64,000 nucleotides of DNA from the human T2T-CHM13v2.0 reference genome, Homo sapiens. The stretch is taken from assembly GCF_009914755.1 (NCBI RefSeq), contig NC_060934.1. One strand, written 5' to 3'. The position numbers were made by a program, and so were the translations under genes. This document shows, piece by piece, positions 14,927-30,872 of this stretch; position 1 is the first letter of the stretch; each line of letters begins with the position of its first letter. The notes under the pieces are model-generated. The model was not told where the DNA came from and did no database searches. It saw only the letters and a list, made by a program, of their open reading frames with translations.

Positions 14927-15351
14927 AAAAAGAAGCCTTTCATCCAAACATAAACCAAATATAAGCCATTTATAATATTATACAGGACTATCTTTTCAGA
15001 ACTACAAATGTTCTAAATTATTTGCAATACCTGAAAAGAATCTGAAGAAAGTGCCAGTGCAAGGGTATTTCTACTGTTCATTTATCTGACAATTCAAACA
15101 CAACAGTTTTGTCATTACTTTAAAAAGAAACACTCTTTTTAATAAACTTATCTTTCATTAATATTGCCAAAATTATAAAAAGACCTATCCTGTAGAAGTG
15201 TCAAACAATGCCACTTTATTTGATGTAGATATGCATTTTCCCCCAACCAGTAAGCAAATGATTCATTATCCTCATATCTATATCCATGCATCCAAAGACT
15301 TATTGAACATTTACCATAAATCAGAGATTGCTGCTTAAAAACATGAGTTCA

Positions 15352-15675
<324 letters not shown>

Positions 15676-16103
15676 TTACAATCTAATGAGACAGGCAGAT
15701 GTGAAAAGAAGTAGCTATAATACAATCCCATAAACGTTGATATCAGCATCTAAGCTGCAATGGAAACAGTATCTTTGTATCAAGGAGAGTCAGGCAACCT
15801 GAGATGAATCTTGTAAGATGAAAAGGAGTAAAGGAAAGATAAGAAGAGTCAAGCCATCAGTTAAGGGGTGAGAACATGTTATACAAAAGCAGAAGAGAAG
15901 AGGTCACAGTCAAAGCCTATAGGGAGATTCTATCATCAACAAGGATGGTTCCAACCCTAGGGCACTAACGCAAAGTAAAGAAGGGATTAAAAATAAGATT
16001 ATCCCACATAAAACCCTAGATCTTTAAATTTTACAACTAAAATTTGAATTTCCCTTTAAAAATAATTTGATTCTTGATGAAAGTTAACAATAAGGATAGT
16101 TAA

Positions 16104-16378
16104 GGCTGGGCACAGTGGCTTATGCCTATAATCCCAGCACCTGAGCTCAGGAATTCAAGACCAGCCTGGGCAACAAAGTGAGACCCCGTCTCTAGAAAAA
16201 ATACAAAAATTAGCCGGGAATGATGGTGTGTGCTTGTGGTCCCAGCTACTCAGGAGGCTGAGGATGACTTGAGCCTGAAAGGCAGAGCTTACAGTGAACT
16301 GAGATTGCACCACTGCACTCAAGCCTGGGCAACAGAGCCAGACTCCATCTCAAAAAAAAAAAAAAAAAAAAAAAAAAG
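16104..16378 (+). mobile_element. AluJ with internal deletions
   Basis: cccagcac|ctgagctcagg junction; TSD gatagttaa / gatggttaa. Confidence 0.9.
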
Positions 16379-17505
16379 ATGGTTAATTGCTAAATTTAAT
16401 TACTGAGTTATTAGCTATTCAATTATCACACCATTAAGAGAAAAGTGAGTTAGTCAAAGATGTAAAGTTCTGGCAAAAACATCAGCACGTGAACATAAAA
16501 GCTATGTTTCTATGATTTCAGTAATATTTTATAGCAATTTTTAAAACACTCTCCAAAAAAAGCAATTTAGAGCAACGAGTTGCTATGGCAGAGGCAGGCA
16601 CTCAAACACACAAAACTGTGGCATCAAGAGCAGGCCGCATATGCTTTACCAAACTCAGAGCAAGTCCATGGTTATTTGTAAAGAAAAAAATCCTTTATTT
16701 TTAAATGAACATATATATTTTACCCAAAGGTCTATTCTATTCTAAATACACCCCACTGGATTATCATCTTGGGAGGAAGACACTGCTAGTAAATGTGAGG
16801 CAGGGAGCTTTAAGATCTACTTACAGAATTTGTTTAAAAACTTGTTTAACAAGAGAAGACTCCTGAATATAAACAGGCTAGTTCATTTTCCTTCACTTGA
16901 ACCACATTATATATACACGACAGACACAACCACAAAACTTGCCTCAAATCACAAAGGTTAAATCATTTTAAATGACAGTGAATAAGAACTAGATAAGTTG
17001 GAGGTAAGTGGAATTGTATTTTAAAGTGATACTGATACCATTTTTTTAAATCAAGAAACCGAACTTGACCTAGCAATCACAATAATACCAACCACAATGT
17101 CGCTGTAATTACTCAAACCAGCATTAAAATTAATGTTTCTATGATAAACTTCAATTTCCAGTCTAAACAATGGGGTAAATGTGCTGATAAAAGAAGATAA
17201 TTCACTATTGCATTATCAATTCATTTTCATTAACTTGAAAATCACACAATCACTTAAAAGTTGAATGAAGTATTTAAGGATAAGAATGTGATCATAAATC
17301 AACGAATATCATTCTCTTGGAATGGAATGTACTCCTTGTGGGTTTCTGATCCTTTTACTCTAAATGAAAACAGCTTTAAGAAATAGCTATAAAGATAACG
17401 CATACTCATCTGAAAGCAGTACTGTTAACATTTCCATGCATATGCTTCCATGCATACTCACAATACATGCTGTTTTATATACATGGGCTCATAAAAACAA
17501 ACTGT

Positions 17506-18326
<821 letters not shown>

Positions 18327-18939
18327 TCACCTAACAATATGATGAAAATTTCCTAATCAATGAATTTAGATATCATCATTTTAACATGTGGGGTAGAGAA
18401 CGTCTTTTTGAAGCATGCTAGAAACCATAAAGGAAAAGCATTAATAGATTGTATTATAGAAAAATTGTAAATTTCTGCATAATTAAACAAACATATATGC
18501 CATTAACAATAATAAAACGCAACTGACAAAAATGGGACGTGACTGGCAAATACGTTTGATAGCACAATTATTAAGAACTCTTCATTGTGTTTTAATCATT
18601 CTCTTAACTGAATTTCCACAAACATATAATCCTGTTTTAATTAAAGAGGTCCTCATGGTTTGCTTTGGTTATTTGGAAGAAATCTACAAGAGCAAAAATG
18701 ACTTATTTGCACAGTGCTTCAACCATGCATTTGCTGTAGAAAACTGGCTAATATAATTCTACAGGAAGAGAGCAACAGTTAAACTAGTATTTTGCCCATT
18801 TAATGGAATCAATGCTAGTCTGACAAAGGGAAAGCTGAGACATTTCATCATAATACAAATAATTTAACTAAGTTATTAAACTGATATATGCATGGCAGTG
18901 TCCTTAAGAAGCTACATAAAATTATCCATCTAGCAAAAT

Positions 18940-20660
<1,721 letters not shown>

Positions 20661-21109
20661 CTACAGGTAGGTAAGAGACACGAATTCACAGAAAACATAA
20701 GCTGTACTACTGAAAGGGAACTTCTAAAATTTTTCCTAACTCCACAGTTTTGATTCGTACCACACCTTCCGTGCACAGTACTCATAACTTTCCTTCATTT
20801 TTTCATTTTTATCCATGCAGAGTCACCTTTCACATGCAATGCAGGCTCCCCAAAAAAAATTTTTTTTAATTCCACTGAGTACCTTATTTGCCAATTAATT
20901 TGCTGGGCACTGGTGACAGTGACAGGTAAGACACAGTTTGCTCACAAATGGACAAGCAGTGATCATGTCTAATGTTCCTTTTGTCTGGGCATCTCTCACG
21001 ATGTTTTATAGGAGAGGCCCTCCATAAACACTGACTCATCATATACACCTAAAAACAACCAGAGTCCAAGGAGAACTACAGATAAAGCACTTAAAAATGA
21101 GAAGAGGTC

Positions 21110-21426
21110 GGCCAGGCATGGTGGCTCATGCTTGTAATCCCAGCACTTTGGGAGGCCAAGGTGGGTGGATCACAAGGTCAGGAGATCGAGACCATCCTGG
21201 CTAACACAGTGAAACCCCATCTCTACTAAAAATACAAAAAATTAGCCAGGCACGGTGGCGGGCGCCTTTAGTCCCAGCTACTCAGGAGGCTGAGGCAGGA
21301 GAATGACATGAACCCGGGAGGCAGAGCTTGCAGTGAGCTGAGATCGCACCACTGCATTACAGCCTGGGCGACAGAACAAGACTTCCTCTCAAAAAAAAAC
21401 AAAAACAAAACAAAACAAAACAAATA
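21110..21426 (+). mobile_element. AluY
   Basis: gagatcgagaccatcctggctaac; perfect TSD aatgagaagaggtc. Confidence 0.95.
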
Positions 21427-23699
21427 ATGAGAAGAGGTCATGGAAGTGAAGAGATTACCTCCAGCTTTAGAATGTAGGGAGTAGAGAAGGTGAAGGTGAA
21501 GTGGGGAAAACACAGAGAATGACTTCCTGGGAAAACCTGTGCATGAACTTGGTCTGGAAAAGCAGTTCGTACTTCTACACGCAGGGGCAAGTGAAAAACA
21601 TCTCAGTGCAAGACAACACACAGAGCTTGGAGGCAGAAAAGTTTCCGTGCACACAGATAGTGCCCAGCAGCCAGAGCATGGGCTATGCAAGAGAAGGAAG
21701 CACATTTCCTTCTTCAGTAGGCCAGGGTAGAGCTCAGACATTAGCATTTTCTAGAAAGCTCCACAGATACTGATTCTTTTCCAAGGTTGGGAATCAGGCA
21801 CTACATCAAGCTTTCTAGTTCATTGTAAAGAGAGAGATTAGACAAAGGATCAGAAAAATATACACGATTAAATGTACTTGAATTCCCCTTAAAACTTACC
21901 TTTAATTAACATGGCAAGTGCTTTAGGATACTCCAAAATTGAAAGTTTTATACACCTTATCATATATCTGATAAGCAATGCCATTTACATGAATTTCAAT
22001 TCTTAAGTTCAAACTCTTCTCGTGGGTAAAATTAAAATGTGAGTTAAGGCAAACTCTGGGCAAGCTAACCATCTTGAGCTTCAATTTTCTCATCTGTAAT
22101 GAGAAGCTTAGAACAGTAAAGAACTGCTTTGACTCTGGTGTGGCAAAATTCCCCACATGTGACAGTGTTCTAAATAAGAATTTGTGATGACCATGAGAAT
22201 TCTTTTACCTCCCACTACCTCTAGGGGGCATCAAAAATCCCTTACTAAATTCTCCTGTGGTAATTTTTCTCACTGACTACGTCTAATTCACAGGACATCT
22301 GACATCAAGAAAACATGCTGAATCAAAAGAATCCAGTATTTTGTCCTGTGCTGTGGGTTAACTGATGAGATCATTTGTATTCCTTTCAGTCCAGTAGTAG
22401 CAAAGTCACCTACCACGTGTGTCCACATGCATCACCCCGGCCTGCAAGGCTATAGTGAAATAACATTTACCAACGTGTTTGGTCAGGAAACTTTGAAAAG
22501 CTTGGAAACTTGGGGGTTTCAGTAGTGCATGATTTTGCAGACGCAGCTCTGTTAATTCCACTTTTTTGTAGGTGCTTACTATTATAATAGTAAGGCCAAG
22601 CACCTACTTTTGGGCAAAGCCCTGCAGAATTCCAATTCTCACAATCAAGCTGAGACATTCACATAAGCATAATTAATCACAGACGGATTTAGCCTTTTGT
22701 TTCTTTTCTGACATTTCAGAACTCTTTCTGATGTTTCAATGATCTGATGTCTGGCCACATCATGATACCAAACAGACTGCCTGAAATCACTTTGTCTACT
22801 TTGGACAGCATACATGTCTGTATAAAAAATTCAGTCAAAATACCTTCTTCAGATCATAGAATGGCCTTACACAGCACTCTGAGAGATAATATGGGGGAAA
22901 AAATTTAATTATGCCTAACAACATTTCTATATACTCTAATTTTCATTTTCAAATGTAATCATTTTGAAATGAGAAGGGGTTAAAAAGAGAGAACTAAGCT
23001 TTGCATGCAAATAATAAATATTTGAAAAGCATGGGAAACCCTATGTTTACAGTAAAAAAAAAAAGTGAATAGCTATTTTCAAGCATACGCCAAAAAGGAG
23101 ACAAAGTAAAGAAAAAAAGGAAAAAAGCCTATATATAAAATTTTGAGATGTGAAATTAATACAGTAATTTTAAGAATGGATTAATTTTAAAAGAAATTAT
23201 AATTTCCACCAACCACCTTCCACTTTAATTTAAATATTAAGTTATATAATAATTTATTAAATAATATAGTTTCCACTAATTCCCAAGATGGAATTATGGG
23301 AAATAAAGTAAGGTTAATATGATGAGTATCATTAGGCACACAATTAAAATCTGAATGAAGGTTGAAAGGACTCATTTCTATTGAAGTTTTCTTTCCAACA
23401 ATACAGGTTACAAATATGACACACAGACAGAAATGTTTAAACCAACAGCTCAGTTAAAAATATATTTCATATCTCAGTTTAAAGAAAATATTGGCTTAGG
23501 CAGAAATTTTAAAAATTTTTCAGATGTTCACACTCTGCAGGACCCTGTGCTCAAGGAAGCAGTTTCTCCCATTACCAACCATGCTTGCCTTAAGTCTAAC
23601 TCCTTACCAGTGATTAGCTCACATACAAATAAGAGGCACAACTCTGACAAACGAAACATGTGAAGTCCGCTAGAAGGCTTCTCAGTGAGGGTTTCCTCA

Positions 23700-24704
<1,005 letters not shown>

Positions 24705-24712
24705 AACAATAA

Positions 24713-25114
24713 TTTTTTTCCAACTTTTATTTTAGAATCAGAGGGTACATGTGCAGGTTTGTTACAAAGGTGTATCGTGTGATGTTGAGGTTTGGCGTAC
24801 AAATGAATCTGTCACCTAGGTAGTGCGCACAGCACCCAACAGGTAGTTTTTCAGCCCTTGCCACCTTCCCTCTCTCCCCACTCTAGTAGTCCCCAATGTC
24901 TACTGTTCCTCTCTTTTTAGTTCATGTGTATCTAATGTCTAGCTCCCACTTATAAGTGAGAACATGTGGTATCTGGTTTTCTATGTTAGCTCACTTAGGA
25001 GAATGGCCTCCAGCTGCATCCTTGTTGCTGCAAAGTACATAATTTCATTCTTTTTGATGACTGTGTAGTATTCCATAGTATATCTGTATCACATTTTCTT
25101 TACTGTTGATGGGC
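24713..25114 (-). mobile_element. L1PA15/16-type 3' end
   Basis: caacttttattttagaatcagagggtacatgtgcaggtttgttac...; caataattttttt on both flanks. Confidence 0.85.
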
Positions 25115-25118
25115 AATA

Positions 25119-25410
25119 ATTTTTTTTTTTTTGAGATGGAGTCTCTCTCTGTCGCCAGGCTGGAGTGCAGTGGCGCAATCCCAGCTCACTGAAACCTCCG
25201 CCTTCTGGGTTCAAGCAATTCTCCTGCCTCGGCCTCCTGAGTAGCTGGAACTACAGGTGTGCGCCACCATGGCCATCTAAATTTTGTACTTTTAGTAGAG
25301 ACGGGGTTTCACCATGTTGGCCAGGATGGTCTCAATCTCTTGACCTCGTGATCCACCTGCCTCAGCCTCCCAAAGTGCTGGAATTACAGGCATGAGCCAC
25401 TGTGCCCAGC
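25119..25410 (-). mobile_element. AluS (Sc-like)
   Basis: Reverse Alu with gtcgccaggctgg. Confidence 0.92.
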
Positions 25411-26388
25411 AAATTTTTTTTAAAAAGAGGAGACAGAGGAGAGAAAATTCTTTTCTGATTCTAGTCACTGCTGATGGCCCGCAATTCCTGAATGGGCAGC
25501 CACCACCTTGGAACTGTAAGAGAAGCTGACCAAGAGGACCAGCACCACTGCGGACAGCAGCCAGAAAACCACACTACCCCTCCCGCTTCAGCAGGATGAG
25601 CTCCTCCCAGGAGAAACTCTTCTCAGTTGAAAATACAATTTCCACTAATTTCAACCAGTGCCTGAGTCCCCGAACTGATACTGAGCTACACTAAAACAGT
25701 ACCAAGTCTCATTACAATGGCCACAATTATTACAATAGCTCATGTGAGCAATGACAGCACAACATTTGAAGACAATTTCCTTTCATCAATGACTGTATTT
25801 ATCACCTGTCATTAAATTATTTTGTGACTATCTTGTGCCTTACATGTAAGACTATGGTCATGGACAAAAAATATCTATGTAATGTAATGTAATGACTACA
25901 GAATATATGCAATGTAAATCAGTCTTTATTGAAAACCCATAAACAATGAACAATAAAACCAAAAAATTCAACAAAAGCATTTTAGAGAATATGATGCACA
26001 AGAATATAACTGCTACTTATTAGCAAAATTCCTTAGGGAGGAGAATTTACTGTAATGCATCCTGTCTATATACTATGACGATGACCACATACTGGTTTTC
26101 CTCTTGTAGTGCTCACCATTAGCAAGGCAAGCAAAATAAAAATTTGTCAGCATGTTAAGATACCTCGTAAGCTCATGTCAGGATATTAAATGAAATGTCT
26201 TATAAAGACTAATTCTCATAAGCCCAATGAGCACATCTCTAGGCATGACTGCATGTGGAAATTAAGTGACTTTGCCAAAACTCTTACATTACACCATCAG
26301 AAACGTCTCAAATCCATTCAGTTCAATTCAAGACATGAGTGTGCACAGCAAAACAGAGAATGAAGGTGTCACTTTCATACCTACACCA

Positions 26389-26845
26389 TGTGTTTCAGTC
26401 ATCCATTGCTGAGTAACAAACCACCCAAAAACGTAGTGGCCTTAAACAATAACTTATTATTCCTCATGATTCTGTGGGTTGGCTAGAACTCAGCTAGGTG
26501 GGTTTTCTTCTGGTCTGTCTCGAGCTCAGTCACGCAGGTGCATTCAGCTTGAGTGGAGCTGAAACATCCAAGATGGCTTCAGGCCTCATACAGTGGCCTC
26601 TCTCTTCAGCAGGGTACTATGATGGCTGGCTCCAAAGACAGAGAAAGTGAATGCTGCCAGACAAGGCCTGAGCCCAGAAGTCCCAGGCAGTTCCTTCCAG
26701 GCTACCCATCAGTCAGTGTAAGTCACCAGGTCAGTCCAATCTAGGATTAGGAAAACAGCCTAGACTGCTGATGGGTGGAGCAGCATGCACAGACAGGGAT
26801 GAGAAGCCCTGACGGTGGACAGCTTTGAAAACCATCTACCAAAAC
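26389..26845 (-). mobile_element. Old MaLR LTR (MLT1-type)
   Basis: cattgctgagtaacaaaccacccaaaa.gtagtggccttaaacaa...ctcatgattctgtgggttggct. Confidence 0.75.
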
Positions 26846-27242
26846 ATGGGGCTCACTACACATAAAGACAGACACATCATTTCAGCATGCCATTGTGATA
26901 GCTCATTACTCAATACAAAAGATCAGGTAAATGAGCTCTTTTGTGTTATTTCAGACCTGCTGTTCAATACTTCAATTTGCTTTACATCATACAATAAATA
27001 TATGGTGAAGAAACTTACATGTACAAATCTATGTAAGAAAATCCAAATGAAACATTAATCTAGTTTCAATTGTCACATTACCACTTTATGCACTATATTG
27101 TAATTACCTATGTCCTCCTAAGTTGTAACCTTCACTAGGGCAGAACCCTCATCTACACTGCTTACAAATGTATTCCCAGTGTCTAGCACGTACCAGGTAC
27201 CTAACAGGCTGCTCCTTCTTGGTTGTTAAAAATATTGCTCCT

Positions 27243-27840
27243 GGCCAGGCATGGTGGCTCACACCTGTAATCCCAGCACTTTGGGAGGCCGAGGCGGGCA
27301 GAGCACAAGGTCAAGAGATCGAGACCATCCTGGCCAACATAGTAAAACCCCATCTTTATTAAAAATACAAAAATTAGCTGGGCATGGTGGCGTGCGCCTG
27401 TAGTCCCAGCTACTCAGGAAGCTGAGGCAGGAGAACTGCTTGAACCCAGGAGGCAAGAGGTTGCAGTGAGCAGAGATCGTGCCACTGCACTCCAGCCTGG
27501 CAACAGAGCAAGACTTTGTCACAAAAAGAAAAGAAAAAAAAAGGAAAGAAAAAAAAAATCGCTCCTGGCAAGGCCGAGGCAGGTGGATCACGAGGTCAGG
27601 AGTTCAAGACCAGCCTGGCCAAGATGGTGAAACCCCATCTCTACTAAAAATACAAAAAATTAGCCGGGCGTGGTGGTACGCACCTGTAATCCCAGCTACT
27701 CCAGAGGCTGAGGCAGAGAATTGCTTAAACCTAGAGGGGCGGAGGTTGCAGTGAGCCAAGATCATGCCACTGCACTCCAGCCTGGGCGACAGAGCGAGAC
27801 TCTGTCTCAAAAAAAAAGAAAAAAAAAAGAAAGAAAAAAA
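27243..27840 (+). mobile_element. Two tandem AluS (27243-27558 and 5'-deleted 27567-27840)
   Basis: Two Alu bodies separated and flanked by at(t/c)gctcct. Confidence 0.93.
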
Positions 27841-28264
27841 TCGCTCCTATTTAAGAAATAAATTCCTTTTATTCTTTAATACCAGATAGAAAACATGTTC
27901 GTAGATTTTTCCATGTATACTTTACAATGTGGCAAAAATATGCCATTACTAGTGCTTTACATACTTTCATGCTAAGAAAAAATATAATTTTAACTATTTT
28001 TGTAGCCATAGGCTAAATTTACCCCCACTCAATCTCAAAAATGAGAGATTTTACAATAGTGTGCAATTCATTTTCTGTGAGTTATTTCTTGCTGGTCTCT
28101 AGTTCTAGACCTTCAATTTGCAATGAGGAACATTCATGCTTGGACCAACACCTATCTTACAATTTTGAACAGCACATTTTCTGACTGAAAAGATCTACTT
28201 TAATAAGCAGATGTGCTATTCCTTTGTAACTGAGGGTTCTCATGTGCAAGTATAACATGGTATC

Positions 28265-28690
28265 TGCTATGGTTTGACCTGGTTTGCCCCTGACAAAGCT
28301 CATGTTGGAATCTGATTCCTGGTGTGGTAGTGTTGGGAGATGGGGCCTAGTGGGAAGTGTTTGGATCATGGGAGAACTGCCCTCGGGAATAGATTAAAGC
28401 TGTCTAGTGGGAGTGAGTAGGTTCTCACTCTCATGGGAATGGATGTGTTCCTGAGAGCAGGTTACTATAAATAAACCCAGGCTCTCCTGCAGGTCTCTGC
28501 TCCAGTCTCCCTTCTGTTTCTCCACCCCACTGTGACACAGCATAGGACCCTCACCAGAAGCTGGGCAGATGCAAGTGCCATGCCCTTGGACTTTCCCGTC
28601 ACCAAAATCATAAGCTAAATAAAACTCTTTTCTTTATAAATTCTCAAACCTCAGGTATCCTGTTATATAAATACAGAAAGAACAAAGACA
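28265..28690 (+). mobile_element. MaLR solo LTR (MSTC-like)
   Basis: TG...CA termini (tgctatggtttga...aaagaca); near-perfect 5-bp TSD gtatc / atatc. Confidence 0.85.
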
Positions 28691-30519
28691 ATATCCTTAA
28701 CTGAAATGAAAATAACTTTAATCCCTCAGTTACCTAAAATTACTCATTTTCAATCATAAGGCAATGGAAACTATTTTCTTAAAATATAAAGTATTAAAAT
28801 CAATATGTTGTTGAAGACCCAAAAGTATTCCCAAAATATGATGCCAGGAAAATGCTGACTGTATGAAGTTAATTTAATATTCAAAATTCTATCATTATCT
28901 CACAAATACTTACAAAATCACTAGGTTTACTTCAGATTTTCGGAATTCCCCCTCCCAAGAAGAAATAATGGGAACGTAATATATTGGAAAAAATTTAAAG
29001 TTTTATTTAAATGGGAACATTGAGTCCCAGATTGTCTTTCTCTACTTTGGACTGTAGCTCAGTTTCCTAAGTTGTGATCATGTTTCCAAATTCTAAACAT
29101 ATTAATTTTGGGGACTTGGGAATGAAACACTATAATTCCTGAAATCACAAGTTATTCTTAATACTTCCAATATTCTTCAGACTCCTTACTCATTATAATG
29201 GATATCTTAAAAATTACTTAATAAGAAATACTAAGGTTAGTAGTATTACAAATATCTTTAGCCTATAGTGAATACTAAAACATTGGAAAACTCCAGTGAA
29301 CATTGTTAGATACTGTTTCGAATAACCTAACATTTGGATTTCTTGGCAAATAAGCAGCACTACACACATACGTTTATTTATAAACTTATTTTGCTTCCAA
29401 AATTTGTTATTTCTTGGAACACTAACTCATATTTTGCATATAAACTTATTAATATTTATATTTACACTGTTATTTACATCATTATCAGCAGACAGACAAC
29501 ACACACACACATTCCATAACACAGCTACAAGCAAGACTGACTGATTAGACGACGACTGCTCCCTCCTCTGCACTCGTGTCCTGCTTCCTGCGAATGTCAA
29601 CCTTAACTGTCAGCTCCGCAAGTCAGGCTTTCCTCCTGTCCTTTCTTTTGACTTGACATCCATTGGATTCCTTCAACCTAGTAACATTTCATGCTGACTG
29701 CTTAGTTTTAATTCTTGAAGGACAATTCTAATACTTTCTCTCAATTTCCTGATTTGTCAACTGATTTTTGTCAAGACTCATGATTTGAAAAAACATAAAT
29801 TTACTAAAAAAATGGCAGAAAGAAATTCCCACATGGCAACATTAGTTTTCATGTCAGCTTTACTTTATTTAAAAAAAGACCAATCTGCTTTTGAAGTAAT
29901 TTCTACCAACCCAAACCAGCCACTAATTCCAGTAAATGTATATAATCAGTCATCTTTTATAATGATACTTGTTGCTCTAAAGATCTACAGTCACAGTAAC
30001 TTGCTATTTTAAAAACAGGAATGAAGTGGCAATAATCTATAGTGACCATAAATTATTCTGAATTGCCCAGCTTTATCCCTAAGTAAACAGAAATTACAGT
30101 CTTAGCTTCTGATGCAATATTTGGAAGAGGGACTAAAGGAGTGACATGATCTTCCGCCACACACCCTGACTAGTCCTCCTGAAATTCAATAGCTCAGTTT
30201 GTGGGATAAGTAGGAATATTACAATGGTGCTAGCATAGAAAGGATACTCTTTTCTGATCTCTGTGGCCTAGCACTGAGTATTAGATTGCCATTAATTATA
30301 ACATACAGGTTGGAGTCCTAGCACAAATGTACCAATTTCTCCTCACTCCAATGGAGCAAACTAACCATTTTATTCAGAATAAATACCTGAGCTCAAAGAG
30401 ACTTTTTTTGTCCTAAACAGATAAAGCTAAAGCTGACAGACATCCCATGGCACAATATAAGATTTGTTACTTAAAGGTTCCCTACGTTGTAGCACTATCC
30501 CCTAACAGAGCTCAGCGTC

Positions 30520-30872
30520 TGATATGGTTAGGCTCTGTGTCCCCACCTAAATCTCATCTTGAATTGTACTCCCATAATTTGCACGTGTTGTGGGAGGGAC
30601 CTAGTGGGAGATAATCTGAATCAAGGGGGTGGTTCCCCCCATAATATTATCATGGTAGTGAATGTCTCACGATATCTGATGGTTTTATTAGGGGTTTCCG
30701 CTTTTGCATCTTCCTCATTTTCTCTTGCCACCGCCACGTAAGAAGTGTCTTTTACCTCCCCACTATGATTCTGAGGCCTCTCCAGCCATGTGGAGTTGTA
30801 AGTCCAATTAAACCTCTTTTTCTTCCCAGTCTCAGTTATATCTTTATCAGCAGCGTGAAAACGGACTAATAC
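30520..30872 (+). mobile_element. THE1 (THE1A-like) solo LTR
   Basis: tgatatggttaggctctgtgtccccac...tctttatcagcagcgtgaaaacggactaatac. Confidence 0.92.

Noticed and set aside
16571-16592. Palindrome agcaacgagttgct overlapping an X-box-like gttgctatggcaga
   Set aside because: A single short motif with no supporting context; expected by chance in 64 kb
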